Part shown: positions 44,601 to 57,044 of the stretch, in pieces
How the letters are laid out: every line of letters begins with the position of its first letter
Position numbering within the stretch: position 1 is the first letter of the stretch
From: Phoronis australis
Taxonomy: Eukaryota > Animalia > Phoronida
Direction of reading: 5' to 3'
Assembly (NCBI GenBank): GCA_002633005.1
Contig: NMRA01000384.1
Location: 35,958-99,957, forward strand
Length of the DNA: 64,000 bases
Translations under genes and position numbers: made by a program
The notes under the pieces: generated by a model
Told to the model about the DNA's origin: nothing
The model's input: only the letters and a program-made list of their open reading frames with translations
Databases searched by the model: none

Positions 44601-47600
44601 AAGTAAGATAAAAATTTAACATAAAAGCTACAATAAAGGTGTTCTATTCAGGACAAAAATAATTCCTAAAATCGCATCTTTCATTCAAAAGCTTGCTATG
44701 TCATAGTGCTGAAAATTTCCAAAATTTTATCAATATCTTCTGTACCCTCATATGTCCATGCTGACAACACAAAAAATCGTTCAATCCAAGTTGTTTTTTG
44801 TTGAGGCATTTTACGAAATTGAATTCCAATTGTAGGTCATACTGTGTCCCATACTTGAGACTTATTGCAAGTTCAAAACACGTTGGAGTTCACAATAACA
44901 TCACTAAGTTTATACGTGATTAATCGGGAGCATGATAGAGAGAAAAACAACTTAGAGCGTGAAGGTGGCATGTGCTTACTCTAATTATCCTATTATGTGC
45001 AGTAACCATGACGTCAGGGTAAATAGCCAACCTCCCACATTTACGCTTTAGATTCATTTAGATACAGGTAGCCGGCTCATTCATATCGGTATTATTAAAC
45101 CTGCCATGTCTGCTGAAGACGCATTATATCAGGTGAGTGTTCAAGCACTTGTGAAGGCTCTCAGAGATCGACGAGGTTGTGTGCCCCTTGTTTGTCCATT
45201 TTCGAACCACTGCTCAGCTGGTCCACATTCCACACCGTGTATTTGCACGTGCAATATTAGTTAAATACTCCTTGTAGCACTCTTTAGTAATTATAGTGCG
45301 CGCAATAAGGTCATGTGCCATAGTACCTTATCGACAAGTCTTTACATTTAGCAATAAGGTCATGTGCCATAGTACCTTATGGACAAGTCTGTACATTTAG
45401 CAATAAGGTCATGTGCCATAGTACCTTGTGGACAAGTCTGTACATTTAGCGATAAGGTCATGTGCCATAGTACCTTATGGACAAGTCTTTACATTTAGCA
45501 ATAAGGGCATGTGCCATAGTACCTTATGGACAAGTCTTTACATTTAGCAATAAGGTCATGTGCCATAGTACCTTATGGACAAGTCTTTACATTTAGCAAT
45601 AAGGTCATGTGCCATAGTACCTTATGGACAAGTCTGTACATTTAGCGATAAGGTCATGTGCCATAGTACCTTGTGGACAAGTCTGTACATTTACCGATAA
45701 GGTCATGTGCCATAGTACCTTATGGACAAGTCTTTACATTTAGCAATAAGGTCATGTGCCATAGTACCTTATGGACAAGTCTTTACATTTAGCAAAATAT
45801 CTATAAAGGTATAGATTTTAGTGAAAGTATTTTCTGAAAGTAGGAGCTTTAAAATTTAAGTTTTTACCTTATACCAAACGGCAACCACTTGGGTATCGTA
45901 AAATTTAGTGAAGAAGAAACTTTTAAGCTACATTCATATCGAAGCGACATCAATAACATGACTTTATTTTGTTGGGTGTTAATATCTAAAATAAAATCTC
46001 AAAAAATGTGGTTACAGTTTTCTAAATGCTCTCTTTGTTTTTGTTTTATGCAACTTATGAATTAATTTATAAAAGCCGTAAAGTCTTAATTTTTGTAGCC
46101 CGTGAGTGGTTGTTCAACTTGCATACAGTCTTCAAAAGTTCTTGAAGGTAAACGCTATTCTCAGTTACCAAACAAATAAAGCGTACTCGAAACTGAACAA
46201 ATAATATTGTACTTTAATGTCTACTGTATGTTCGGATGTATTATAAGACTGCAATTCACTAGGGTAGGGTACTTACCAGCGTACCCCAGCTATGGCCATC
46301 CAGGTGAAAGTTTTACAAAAACATTTCATGTGCATAAGTATGCACGATACTACGATTTCCAGGACATTAATTATAAGTTAGTTTTTGACAGGAACTCCTG
46401 CTTTATTGCCCGTTTGAATAATAATATCACAATATAAACTGTGAGATGTGAGTAGTCAGGATGGATGCTGGTAATAAGGTTGTTTTTCCAGTGCGGTATT
46501 GGTGAGTTATTGTCTGAACTTGTGAAGTGTCTACTATTAGATAGATAATGGTAGGAATGCAGGTGTTACATTTCAAATGAAAAGAAGTTACCTAGGGAAC
46601 ACTTGAAGTCAGGATGTAATGTTACAATATTGGCAGAATACCAACAAGCCTTTGTCATTGTTAACACCAAGGGCGTTTAAATTTTAAAAAATCTTGCTCA
46701 TTTGTGACACTCTTTTTTCGTTGCCATGCAGTGTCTCCACCTGTCTGTAATATGGTATTTTATTACAGCACGATATGACAAGCATGGATCCACACGCAGG
46801 TCACAACATGATGACGATGGACCCACATGCGGGTCATAATATGGGAACTGGCACAGTCGACCCCCACGCGGGTCACAATATGGCCACCGGTACAGCTGAT
46901 CCTCATGCGGGTCATAATATGGGCTCAAGCCCTCATATGATGATGATGGTAGGTGTTCAGTGTGGATGGAACAAATTCCATCCATCCCATATTCCTCTTA
47001 ATAAGTGTTGGTTAAACACACGACACTTCATTGAATGCGTTTAACCCATTCTGTATAACCGAAAAGTTGCTCCCGAAGTACAGCCAGTTCAACTTAATAA
47101 GTGTCTATAACAATCTCATTCTTCCAGGATGACACCTGGTGGAGAGAAATCGAACTGATGGTGACTTGTCAATGTAATCGTCCATCAGTTGAACCGTGTC
47201 AAATTTTTTCCTCGGTTTGATCTTGCATATTTTTGATCTTCCAAAATCATGGGTTGTCTTGCTTAAATGTCGATGTAGATGTCAAGTATGACTTTGTGTA
47301 CATTGACACTTGAGCAACGTGATCCAACATAAGTATTCAAGAAATTATGTGTCTTAAAGGTCACCTTGTGCTCTATCTTTCAGATGTATTTCCACACAAT
47401 GCTTGGTGATACAGTGCTATTCAAAGGCGTTGTGGTGAAGGAGCCATGGCGTAAGTTTAAAGCGCCGTTTCCTACATGCTGCGGTCAAAACATGAAAATC
47501 ATGAAGTTAGCCAATTAACGTATAAACTGGCCTCAACTTTTTCCCTGTTAAGATCAAAATTGATTTCTATCCTCAAAAGAAATTTAGAAACATCCTGTGA

Positions 47601-50600
47601 TGGTTTGAACCAGCCTAGTTCTTGAACTGTTAATCAACCTTGTCAAAATTGGTGACATGTTGATGCTATTTTCTACTTGACAATATCCAGCTGCTGTAGT
47701 CTGTTTGGAGACGCAAAGCATTTCCTGTCGTGTTGTGTAAAAGTTTAAGGCAAATTCTGTTTTGAATAAGCCAACTTTTTTTGGGCAGGATTATTATAGC
47801 GAAAATGTCCCATTATAATTACAGACCAACTTTTGACAGTAATTTCAGAATATTTTTATCAAAATTCAAAATATATGTCTGAATATTCTTACTTAGTGAA
47901 TTCATGTTGAAACGATTGCTGTAAAAATTCATCTGTTTGAGACACATCACTTCAGGAAAGTGAAATTTTATGTTGTCAGCAGTCGCCTACTTTTGAGTTC
48001 ATTGTTTGTACTGTGCAGCTTTCACTTGTTCAAAGTCTGAAGGTGTCGATATTTTGTACTACTGTACTGCGACTGTATTTATTTCTCTCAAACTTAGTTA
48101 TCATTTGGTCAATACTCCGTGTTTGTAATCCCTTATCTTGGGAAGAAGCAGGTTGACATTTCGAAACTCAATATTCAGAAGTCCACACATGCAGAGCTGT
48201 GCTCTGTAAGCACAAGAATCTTGTGAAAGAAGCTTGTGTGGTCACGTGCTTTGATTGTAATACATGGCGACATCCCGCAAATTATTGCTTGATGTTGCAT
48301 ATTCGCTAGAACTTTCGCTAGGATATGCATCTACGGAACACACATCAGGTTTAAAAAATGTACATTGTTTAATATGTTTCGACATAACCACATTGTCACC
48401 ATCTTTTGAGTGACGTTTGCCTAGGAACCCCTTATTTAAATTTTGTGATTAATTTGCCAAATATAAAATTAATATCACCTCTTCGTGAAACATGATGTTG
48501 AACATTTTTTAATGTTTCTGAAAACACATTTTGTGGCAAAAAATGGTCCAACTAATTACTAATCCGTATCCAATCATTGCTTGTTGTAATGTATGGGTGT
48601 AGCAATGCATTGTGGGTAGGTCATTACTTCCAGCAGGGTATGGCATGAGCAGAAAGGTCATCTTGTGCTCATGCTGATCAGAGGTGGACGGATCTTTTTA
48701 TAAGGGAATGAGGAGCCACAAAAGTAGGAAGGACGTAGGAGAAATGGGAAGTTTCTGGTTGTCATGGGAAGGACAGGGCAGGGAAAGTAGCGCAGTTGTG
48801 TTTATTGCCAAACCATTGAAAGTTGCTCTGAAGTGGGCATTGTCAGCAACTCCGCAGTAACTGTGTTGAATTTTGGTCGAACCATACATTTTCAGGCACT
48901 GAATTATGTTTTATGTGAAGTTTAATTTTCTGTCTTTTTGTGCAATTGTAGCACTGTTACAGCACAGTGGGTGTTATTTGCGCATTTTATGCGCGACAGG
49001 ACATTGACGGTCGGTATCATTAAGCTCGCAATTAACATTATCCGATAAATCACTGTCATATTGTGGTAACAAGGCAAATATAGTAACTGGAGGATCGTTT
49101 TGGTGAAAAAATTAAGAAATCGCCCATCCTCTCCATTTCTCATCTGTCGTTCCCGTTTTTGAGTCAGTCTGTTTTGGAGGTGCACCCTCAACTTTCTCAA
49201 GCAGAGAAGTGGTTTCTAAAGGAACATCATGAGACTAATTGGACCGTAGGTGGCCTAAGTCAAAAGTTTTTTTTTTGATAAGTGGCATGGGTTTATCGTC
49301 TCAAGTATAATTCATTTTTATTTTGAGAAAAAGTATTTACTCAAAAGTAGGCCTTTTCCAACAGCTTGGGCTCCTATTGTACATTTTTCCAAATACTGAA
49401 AAGTTCACCAAAAGGTGTTTGTTGGCAGGTAGATCGTTCAAATTGAGGTTGCAACGAATTACAGCCCTTCAAGTATTAGTTTAACTACACAATTTTCGCC
49501 TGATATGCTCGCTGGGGATTCAGAAAAATTTCCTTATTCACGCCCATGCTACACAGTTGTCAGAAATAATCAACCTTTGTGTTGACATTTTGTACACTAC
49601 AGCAAAATTAAGACACAATTTGGCAGACAAGTGATGAAGTCAGTACTTAATCATTTCTAAGTTCCATATCATAGCTACTGTCATACAATGTTTTAGAAAT
49701 TGTGGCCATTCACACCAATGTTAGTATTTAAAATGAAAAATATCAATTTTGTCCAAAATTTTTGACATTTTACCATTATAGTTTTTCATTATTTGCAGAA
49801 ATGGCTGTAGCCTGCATCATCCTTATCATTGTGGCAGCACTGTATGAAGGTCTAAAGGTGTTCCGTGAGCAGTTACTACGGCGACAGGTACTCAACGTGC
49901 GTCACCAGTCGCATACGCTCAGCACCTCATACTCACAGGAAGTTATGGTCACCGAGACTCATCATACTGCGAGGTTCGTGTTGTAGCTGCCTCGCACGTG
50001 GTTCTCAATAATACCACGTGACAAGGTTGAGACTAGAGCCAGTATGCTATAGGTTCTTAGGCTTGTCATTATCATCATTTTCAAATCGTGCGTATAGAAT
50101 CCTCTCCGTCAGAACTATCTTTCGTCATTTGGCTGCAGTACTCTCAAAACCTGTTTTTCTCTCCTTGTAGATGAATTCCTAAAAACATTTTTGTCTCAAG
50201 ATTTCTATGAAACAGCATACATGGGCCACAAACGTCTGCTAATCAAATATTTTTTTGACTTTTGAAAATGATGACTATTAACAATCAGTTGTTTACAAAA
50301 TTTAATCAGAATCCATGACTGTCTTTAGCTGCACATTTAGTCAAGAAGACTTATTCAGATGCAAAAATCTCACTGCAGCACCTGTCTCAATTTTTCAACC
50401 CCATTAAAATGGGAGCCTACCTGCGTACACCTCTTCACAGGAAGCGTTAAGCTGCAAGTAGTATGTACATTGTGGGCCGCGCAAATGTCAAATCCTCGTT
50501 GGGGCAGATGGCTCCTCTTGACGGAATCTTCTGGATACATGCAGGTTACTGTGTAGAAGATGCCAGATGGAGCTGCTGTCCCAGTAAAAACTTCACCAAT

Positions 50601-52571
50601 TTGTGACAAAACTAATTGCCAAAATTGATTTCCTTTTCAAAATCTTCTGACATAGTAGTGAATACCCACAATTTTTCAGAATCATTGTCAGAGGTATAAA
50701 TCTCTAAATTATATAGAAAAGCAATTTATTTGGTGGTATTTGTCTTTTACGTAAAAATGAATTAATAAAAGTTCACTCATTTGCTGTATTGTGTCTTAAA
50801 TTGGTGACATTTTGCTGTAATTTTCAAGTCCTTAAGAAAAAAATTCAGTAATTTACATTGTTCACTTGACTTGCATACAAGATCGTAACAGCAATGCATG
50901 TCGCAAAAGCAAGTGTGCATAATGGAATTCACAAAAATGAGATTATGTAAAATGTTGTAGAAATGAACTCGCTTTAACATGTAAGGGGTTCGATGGCCCA
51001 CAAGTGTATTGTGGTATTGTGATTAGTTGGTCTTCTTATTGCTTAAAACTTGGCAGCAGCTAATCAGTTTTGCTATGAATCCTCCTACCGTCACAAAACA
51101 ACTAGTTTTTTTATTTAGACAATAATTATAGAATTTGTCTTGAAGTGCTTCTTATTTAGATGACAACCTTGTGCATATTCATATTGTTGAACATTGATTA
51201 TGACATTATGAAGGTGTTGTAGCCACTTCAACATAATGACGATGTCTTACCCGTCTTCTGTCGTTATGAATAAATTATAGCAGATTTAACGTATTCACAT
51301 TATCGGACGGTCATTATGACAATTTGTTGAATACTTGTCTTATAGCTGCTCCAAAATAATCATAGTCAATTGGTTTAATCATTTTCTGACATTTTGAATA
51401 TGTTATAGCAAGTTTAGTATATTCGTGTAGTCGGACAGAAATTGCGGCATTACTATTTTCATTATGTCAGTTATTGATTTTTATGCGCCCACATATTTAT
51501 ATGTGGACGCATTATGCCGTCATCTCTGTCCGTCCGTCCGNNNNNNNNNNNNNNNNNNNNNNNNNNNNNNNNNNNNNNNNNNNNNNNNNNNNNNNNNNNN
51601 NNNNNNNNNNNNNNNNNNNNNNNNNNNNNNNNNNNNNNNNNNNNNNNNNNNNNNNNNNNNNNNNNNNNNNNNNNNNNNNNNNNNNNNNNNNNNNNNNNNN
51701 NNNNNNNNNNNNNNNNNNNNNNNNNNNNNNNNNNNNNNNNNNNNNNNNNNNNNNNNNNNNNNNNNNNNNNNNNNNNNNNNNNNNNNNNNNNNNNNNNNNN
51801 NNNNNNNNNNNNNNNNNNNNNNNNNNNNNNNNNNNNNNNNNNNNNNNNNNNNNNNNNNNNNNNNNNNNNNNNNNNNNNNNNNNNNNNNNNNNNNNNNNNN
51901 NNNNNNNNNNNNNNNNNNNNNNNNNNNNNNNNNNNNNNNNNNNNNNNNNNNNNNNNNNNNNNNNNNNNNNNNNNNNNNNNNNNNNNNNNNNNNNNNNNNN
52001 NNNNNNNNNNNNNNNNNNNNNNNNNNNNNNNNNNNNNNNNNNNNNNNNNNNNNNNNNNNNNNNNNNNNNNNNNNNNNNNNNNNGTATGTTGGTAAATTTG
52101 TTTTTAATTCTATGTTTCTGTGGTGCTTTAAGCAACTGGTGTATAGGATGTGCTTGTATTATGAAGATTACTCACATTTTGCCCCTAGCCTATTGAGGAG
52201 ACAATGACCATGCCTTTCCATTTTGCAAAGTATGCCCTCTACTGGCCACTTTATGGTACCAATAAACAACCCTAGAAGGATACCGTATGCGGTGCAATTG
52301 TGGGCGCATTTCAACGCTCCGCGTTGCTCTTGTGTTTATTGCTATGCAACAACCTGCCTTTTTTTTCAGAGCGCGCATGTGCAGTGGCGGCCATTTCCTG
52401 CAGACTTTCCTTCACATGGTCCAGGTGTTCGTCAGTTACTTACTCATGCTGGTTTTCATGACGTATAACGTCTATCTGTGTCTGGCAGTCGTCATAGGTG
52501 CCGGCATCGGATACTTTATATTTGGCTGGAAGAAGTCGATCGTTGTTGATGTAAACGAACATTGCCATTGA
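41591..52571 (+). CDS. SLC31A1: High-affinity copper uptake protein CTR1, whole coding span, 5 coding exons, 212 aa
   Basis: MNHSM N-terminus, His/Met-rich ectodomain, MMMMMYFH, TM1 ..LYEGLK, TM2 MxxxM (MLVFM), TM3 GxxxG (GAGIG), C-terminal HCH. Confidence 0.95.
43030..43113 (-). mobile_element. tRNA-derived SINE head
   Basis: Minus strand ggggtcagtgTGGCCTAGTGCG..GAGTTCGAGTTCCactgggtcacactg. Confidence 0.55.
45106..45132 (+). CDS. SLC31A1: Candidate alternative first coding exon of CTR1 (MSAEDALYQ)
   Basis: gccATG context, strong CAG|gtgagt donor, phase 0 compatible with the exons at 46769 and 47384; CRE TGACGTCA at 45009-45016. Confidence 0.45.
45302..45794. repeat. 49-bp minisatellite, 10 highly homogeneous copies
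   Basis: Unit gcaataaggtcatgtgccatagtaccttatggacaagtctttacattta. Confidence 0.95.
46769..46948 (+). CDS. SLC31A1: CTR1 exon: His/Met-rich ectodomain with 4 x DPHAGHNM
   Basis: ttattacag| acceptor, |gtaggt donor, 180 nt. Confidence 0.92.
47384..47450 (+). CDS. SLC31A1: CTR1 exon ([22 protein letters not shown])
   Basis: ctttcag| acceptor, |gtaagt donor, 67 nt, M.F..LF Ctr motif. Confidence 0.92.
49799..49973 (+). CDS. SLC31A1: CTR1 exon: TM1 and cytosolic loop
   Basis: tttgcag| acceptor, AG|gttcgt donor, 175 nt, [20 protein letters not shown]. Confidence 0.92.
51478..51540. mobile_element. Second copy of the same element end, inverted, running into an N-gap in a CTR1 intron
   Basis: Reverse complement of ~8087-8149. 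Confidence 0.7.
51541..52083. other. Assembly gap
   Basis: Run of N. Confidence 1.
52370..52571 (+). CDS. SLC31A1: CTR1 last coding exon: TM2, TM3, HCH tail
   Basis: ttttcag| acceptor; [50 protein letters not shown]. Confidence 0.95.
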
Positions 52572-53174
52572 GGCTGGCTGGTGGGGAAAAAGGATTGTCG
52601 TTTTTGTATGGCTGATGTCGTTAATGCTGGCAGGAATATCGACCAATGAGAAAAAGATGATTATTTTGACGTGTATTGAAACCCTGTTGATATTTTTGTG
52701 ACAGCTTTGTAACATTCTGTGAATTGTGATTTGAAGAGAGAACCACCGGTATATGAAACAAGAAAATGAGATAAGGTATTAAAATCAAGAGTTTTAATTA
52801 ATTAAAGAAATATTTTTATAACATTTTTGCTCTTCTAGCATTTAAAGTGCTGTCTCCACCTACATTTTGTGTAACTCGGTAATCTATCAATAATTTGTAT
52901 TAGCTTATGTCTTTCATGACGTCTGCTCAACACTATACTCTCTAACCCAGTATCTGCCACATGTTGGTAGAAGTAAGGTAGTCTAGTCTTAGCCATGATG
53001 CGTAGAGTTGATTGCAATCATGGTCTCGGTGTGCAGTTCTCTGAATTCAAGTTTATCGTAAACATACGGTCCTGTTCTGAGCAGCAAGTATGTATTATCG
53101 TGCCGAGAGTAGATACCCTTTAGAGTCGTTTGGTCTCGTCACATGACTCAGTAGTTATGAGTCTGAAAAGACTG

Positions 53175-53250
53175 TTGTACCAACCGCGGCTTAAACGCGG
53201 GACCTTCTGTGATCTATGTAGACGCTCTAGTCCACTGAGCCATCGAGCCC
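53175..53250 (-). mobile_element. Degenerate tRNA-derived SINE head downstream of the CTR1 stop
   Basis: Minus strand gggctcgaTGGCTCAGTGGactagagcgtc..cgcGTTTAAGCC. Confidence 0.4.
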
Positions 53251-53910
53251 ACCAGTTGAACACAGAAATCAGCATGACATACTCTCTTTCTTCACTTGTC
53301 GCTCTGTTACCTAGAAATCACACTAACTTAGAACAATACGAATTGCACATTTATCTTTATTCATTTTAAATGCTTCGAACGTTGCTGTGAACGTCCATAA
53401 GTTTTCCAAACATCACCTGATGGCATTTAAGGTGCTAATGTCGATAATGAAGCATTTATTTGGTGCTGTTTATCTTAGATGAAAAAATTTCACTTGTCGG
53501 ACACATTTTGTCTTAATTTGGCAAGGTTTTACACATATATGTGGTAATCATAGGTCATATCTTTAGAAGAATACATCAATTTAATCTGCCATTGTTACAT
53601 TTAAGAGCTGCCATCATGGGGAAAAATAATTACTGGAAGGGGATTTTTCAACTTCCATTCAGTGTGTAATTCTTTGGCCACTGACACTAACAGTTCATTC
53701 CATTGTGATCTTGTACAACAGGCTCTCGTGCTCTCTTCTGTTGGTGTTAGACTTATTTGATATTCTATCCTTTACAAAATCGTGGAGAAGGTTTAGTTAG
53801 ACGTACCGTATGCATCCGCTGTTTGTAAGTACCTATCAGAGCTGTGTTCAGTTGACCCGAGACGGGCATGCATCTGCGGTGAGAAATGGAATGGAAACGG
53901 TAATTTTTTT

Positions 53911-54075
53911 CCCATAATTCATGAAGTTTATCCCATTATTCATGAAGTCTATCCCATAATTCATGAAGTCTATCCCATAATGCATGAAGTCTATCCCATA
54001 ATTATGAATTCTATCCCATAATTCAACATTTCATCCTCACCAACCAATCACTTCACTGATAGCCATTTTGTTAGG
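53911..54075. repeat. Dispersed repeat: 21-bp tandem core plus conserved tail, copy 2
   Basis: Same family as 29150-29290. Confidence 0.8.
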
Positions 54076-54298
54076 GTATGCTGTTAAGGTCTCGATCTCA
54101 TTCGCGAAAAGCTGGTCTTTGTCTTGCGTGATTTTGCTTTTTGGCGAGATAATCTGGTCAGCGGAATGCACCACTGGGTTTTACTTGGGTGGAAATAAAA
54201 GGTACCTCCACCACGTGCTGTGAAACTTTAGTCAGCTGCGTATTCTTAAAACTAAGGTATGGAGCAGCTGAATGCTTTTAATTCTTCTTGTTTTTATC

Positions 54299-54432
54299 TG
54301 TCACCAGTCGCATGTTTGTGGGTCTGTTCTTTGTCACCAGTCACATGTTTGTGGCTCTGTTCTTTGTAACCCGTCACATGTTTGTGGGTCTGTTCTTTGT
54401 CACCCGTCACATGTTTGTGGGTCTGTTCTTTG
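54299..54432. repeat. 33-bp minisatellite, 4 copies
   Basis: Unit tgtcaccagtcacatgtttgtgggtctgttctt. Confidence 0.9.
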
Positions 54433-56848
54433 CTAAATCTCGCTTAATCAATGATGTTGAAATTGTAGCTTAGAAATGTTTATTTAGTCATATGCCATTG
54501 CTATTTTACTCTTATGGAATTTGATATATTCTGGATCACATTATCGGAGTTGTGTTGCGTGGTAGGGAAGATATAATTCATTCCTGGCTATAAGTTCGGA
54601 GGCCATTGTTTGCCTTGGTACATAGTTTATATGAGGACCACATATGTTCAGATTACAAGCACTATTTATGTACACTTCATTCAGGTGTCTATGTTTTCAT
54701 TTTCACATTCGATTATATGTAGCTAGACAACTAAAGAGCCTGGTGTTAGACAGATTTTCACCAACTGAAGCCTGAAGAGGTCGCTCTAGCCATCCAAAAA
54801 GAAGTAATCGCTAAAAACTACTATTCTAATAGTTTTTAGAGTGCATATGTTTTCACAATTTTGTGTTTTTATTGCGCCAAGGAAGAACACAGTGTCAAAA
54901 ATTATGGAAGCGTAAGTCACCAGTAAAAATTACTTTTAAGAAAATGTGAAAGGGGAGATCTGCAGAATACTGTTTTTCATAATCAAAGGAATTCCATTTT
55001 AATTTCCAGTTCAAAGCTCTAAATTTGAGAGATTGTCCAAACACGTTCCATGGGGTGTATTGCATGGTTGACCTTCTTTTGAGTTTTGTGCAAAAACTTG
55101 CTTCTTATAACATATTTCCCGGTAGCTTGGCTCTCCTGGAATTCATTATTTCATCAAGGTTGCTGTCTACTTGTGGCCATAAAGCCACTATGAGAGTAGT
55201 GTTTACTGACCTTGCTACATCAAGACTAGGCTAGGCAAGGTGCTTATTAAACTCTAATGAGGTAGCAATGAAGGCAAGCCTATTGGTCAAGACATGTTGG
55301 AGTTAACTGAACATGTAACTCTTTGTTAGAAGTAGGGTCCCTGTAATTATTTCCACCAGGCTAGGTTTATTGCATAGGAAACACAAAGGGTGTGGTAATG
55401 AGGTGTTTACAGGGAATGAGTGGTTGGGGTGTAATTTAATTGTAAACATAACTTGTAAGTCCTGTCAACCCTCATTTTATGTTAGGAGAAATTATATTTC
55501 TTTCTATTGATGAGCCTTTGCAGTTTGTTTTGTTCTTTTGTGAAAATGATGATGTACTTTTAAGTTGTAATAACAATAAATTCAGTTGTCAGTTAGTAGA
55601 TGTGCTGTGTTTTCCTCTCTGGTATGCGCAAGAATCCTCAAAAATGCCCCTGTCTTTATAATCAATTGTGGCTCAGAACCTGGTATAAGTTGTACACTTT
55701 CTGTGTTTTTACTAAAGTAGTACATGCTCTAACCCTTCAATTAAGTCTCATTTCGAGTTGCTTGGATAAATTCTCTCATCCAGTTGTATTTGTCCTGTAT
55801 GGGAGTTATGCTGTATGTACCAGGTGCTTGTGTGCCATGAATTTTTCTTGGGAGGGTGCATTTTTGCCACTTGAATCGTGTCTAATCGGGGTTGCAAACT
55901 ACGCAACAGAAAAGGTAAAATGCGCCCATATGATGAGCAGGGAACAAAAATTATAGCGCCAATGGTGACTCTTTTGGGGTTTCTATTGGTGAAAATAGCT
56001 GAAGCTCAATTTTATTGACCATCTTCCAGTAAAGAGGCTGTAAATTTGAATCCGCGTTCCGACCAGGTATTGCAGCACTTAATTGCAACTACTGATAAAA
56101 TTGGTTTCAATTTCTTCCTGATAGAGATGACAAATGACTTCAAATGTTTGTAAACAACTGCCGGTTTGCTACTCCTCTACACCATCCCCACTTGATCACA
56201 GTCTTGTACATGCCGGGACAACCCAACTTATAGACTGGTGAACAATTAAACGAACTTGGCAGTTCTAAATTCTGAAATCACCTCTATAATTTCATAAGAA
56301 ACAATTTGAGATCATTTTTAGATCGGTAATTGGTTTAAATGAAAGGATTTTCGAGATGGAAAGTGGGTTTACTGCCGCTTACACATTGTTTTGATGTCAC
56401 GTGACACCATTTTGAATGTGAAGCGAACTCAGGGGCTTCAGGCAATATACGCTGGAAACACTATTATCATTGCCTCTGTTTCCGTCCACAAAAAGGGTGG
56501 AAAGTGAAATCAAAACATCTTTAAAGATTTTCAGACTTCTCTTATCAGCTGCCAGATTAAAGTACAATAAAGAGTATTTGAGGGGAAGGACTTGCGGTTT
56601 TGACCGTCCCGGCAGAGTTGCATGCCTACCACTCCGGACGGTCCCTCACGACCGGGAAATAAAAAAAACGTCACGAGAGATGTTGAAAATAGTTCATGCC
56701 CCTCTATGTGTCCATGTTAACGTCGGACGGAAACTGACGAATATTTGTATCGAACGAGCGTGTAGAGTGACATTGATGACAAGGTAATCTGTATCAATGT
56801 GTTATCCTTTCAATCACTTAGCGATTTTTTTACATTTTTGTTGATTTT

Positions 56849-57044
56849 TAGAATATGAATAGGTAAATAAAACAACAAGAATGAATCAACTGAAATTTTC
56901 GGATATAATAACGTCCTTTGTGAACAGAAACAGAAATAAAGTAAAATCAAACTTTATTTCTGTTTCTATTCACAAAGGACGTTATTATATCCGAAAATTT
57001 TAGTTGATCCATTCTTGTTGTTTTGTTTACCTATTTATATTCTA
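56849..57044. repeat. Long inverted repeat (~94-bp arms, 8-nt loop), fold-back/MITE-like
   Basis: tagaatatgaatagg..gaaataaagt-aaaatcaa-actttatttc..cctatttatattcta, few mismatches, TA at both ends. Confidence 0.9.

Noticed and set aside
45302-45794. Possible CRISPR-like array
   Set aside because: Head-to-tail identical units with no unique spacers, no cas genes, and a eukaryotic intron context.
51464-52207. ORFs of 190-250 aa containing X runs
   Set aside because: Artefacts of translating through the N-gap.
54288-54473. Hydrophobic repeat ORF (VTRHMFVGLFF)n
   Set aside because: Translation of a 33-bp minisatellite downstream of the CTR1 stop codon; non-ATG start.
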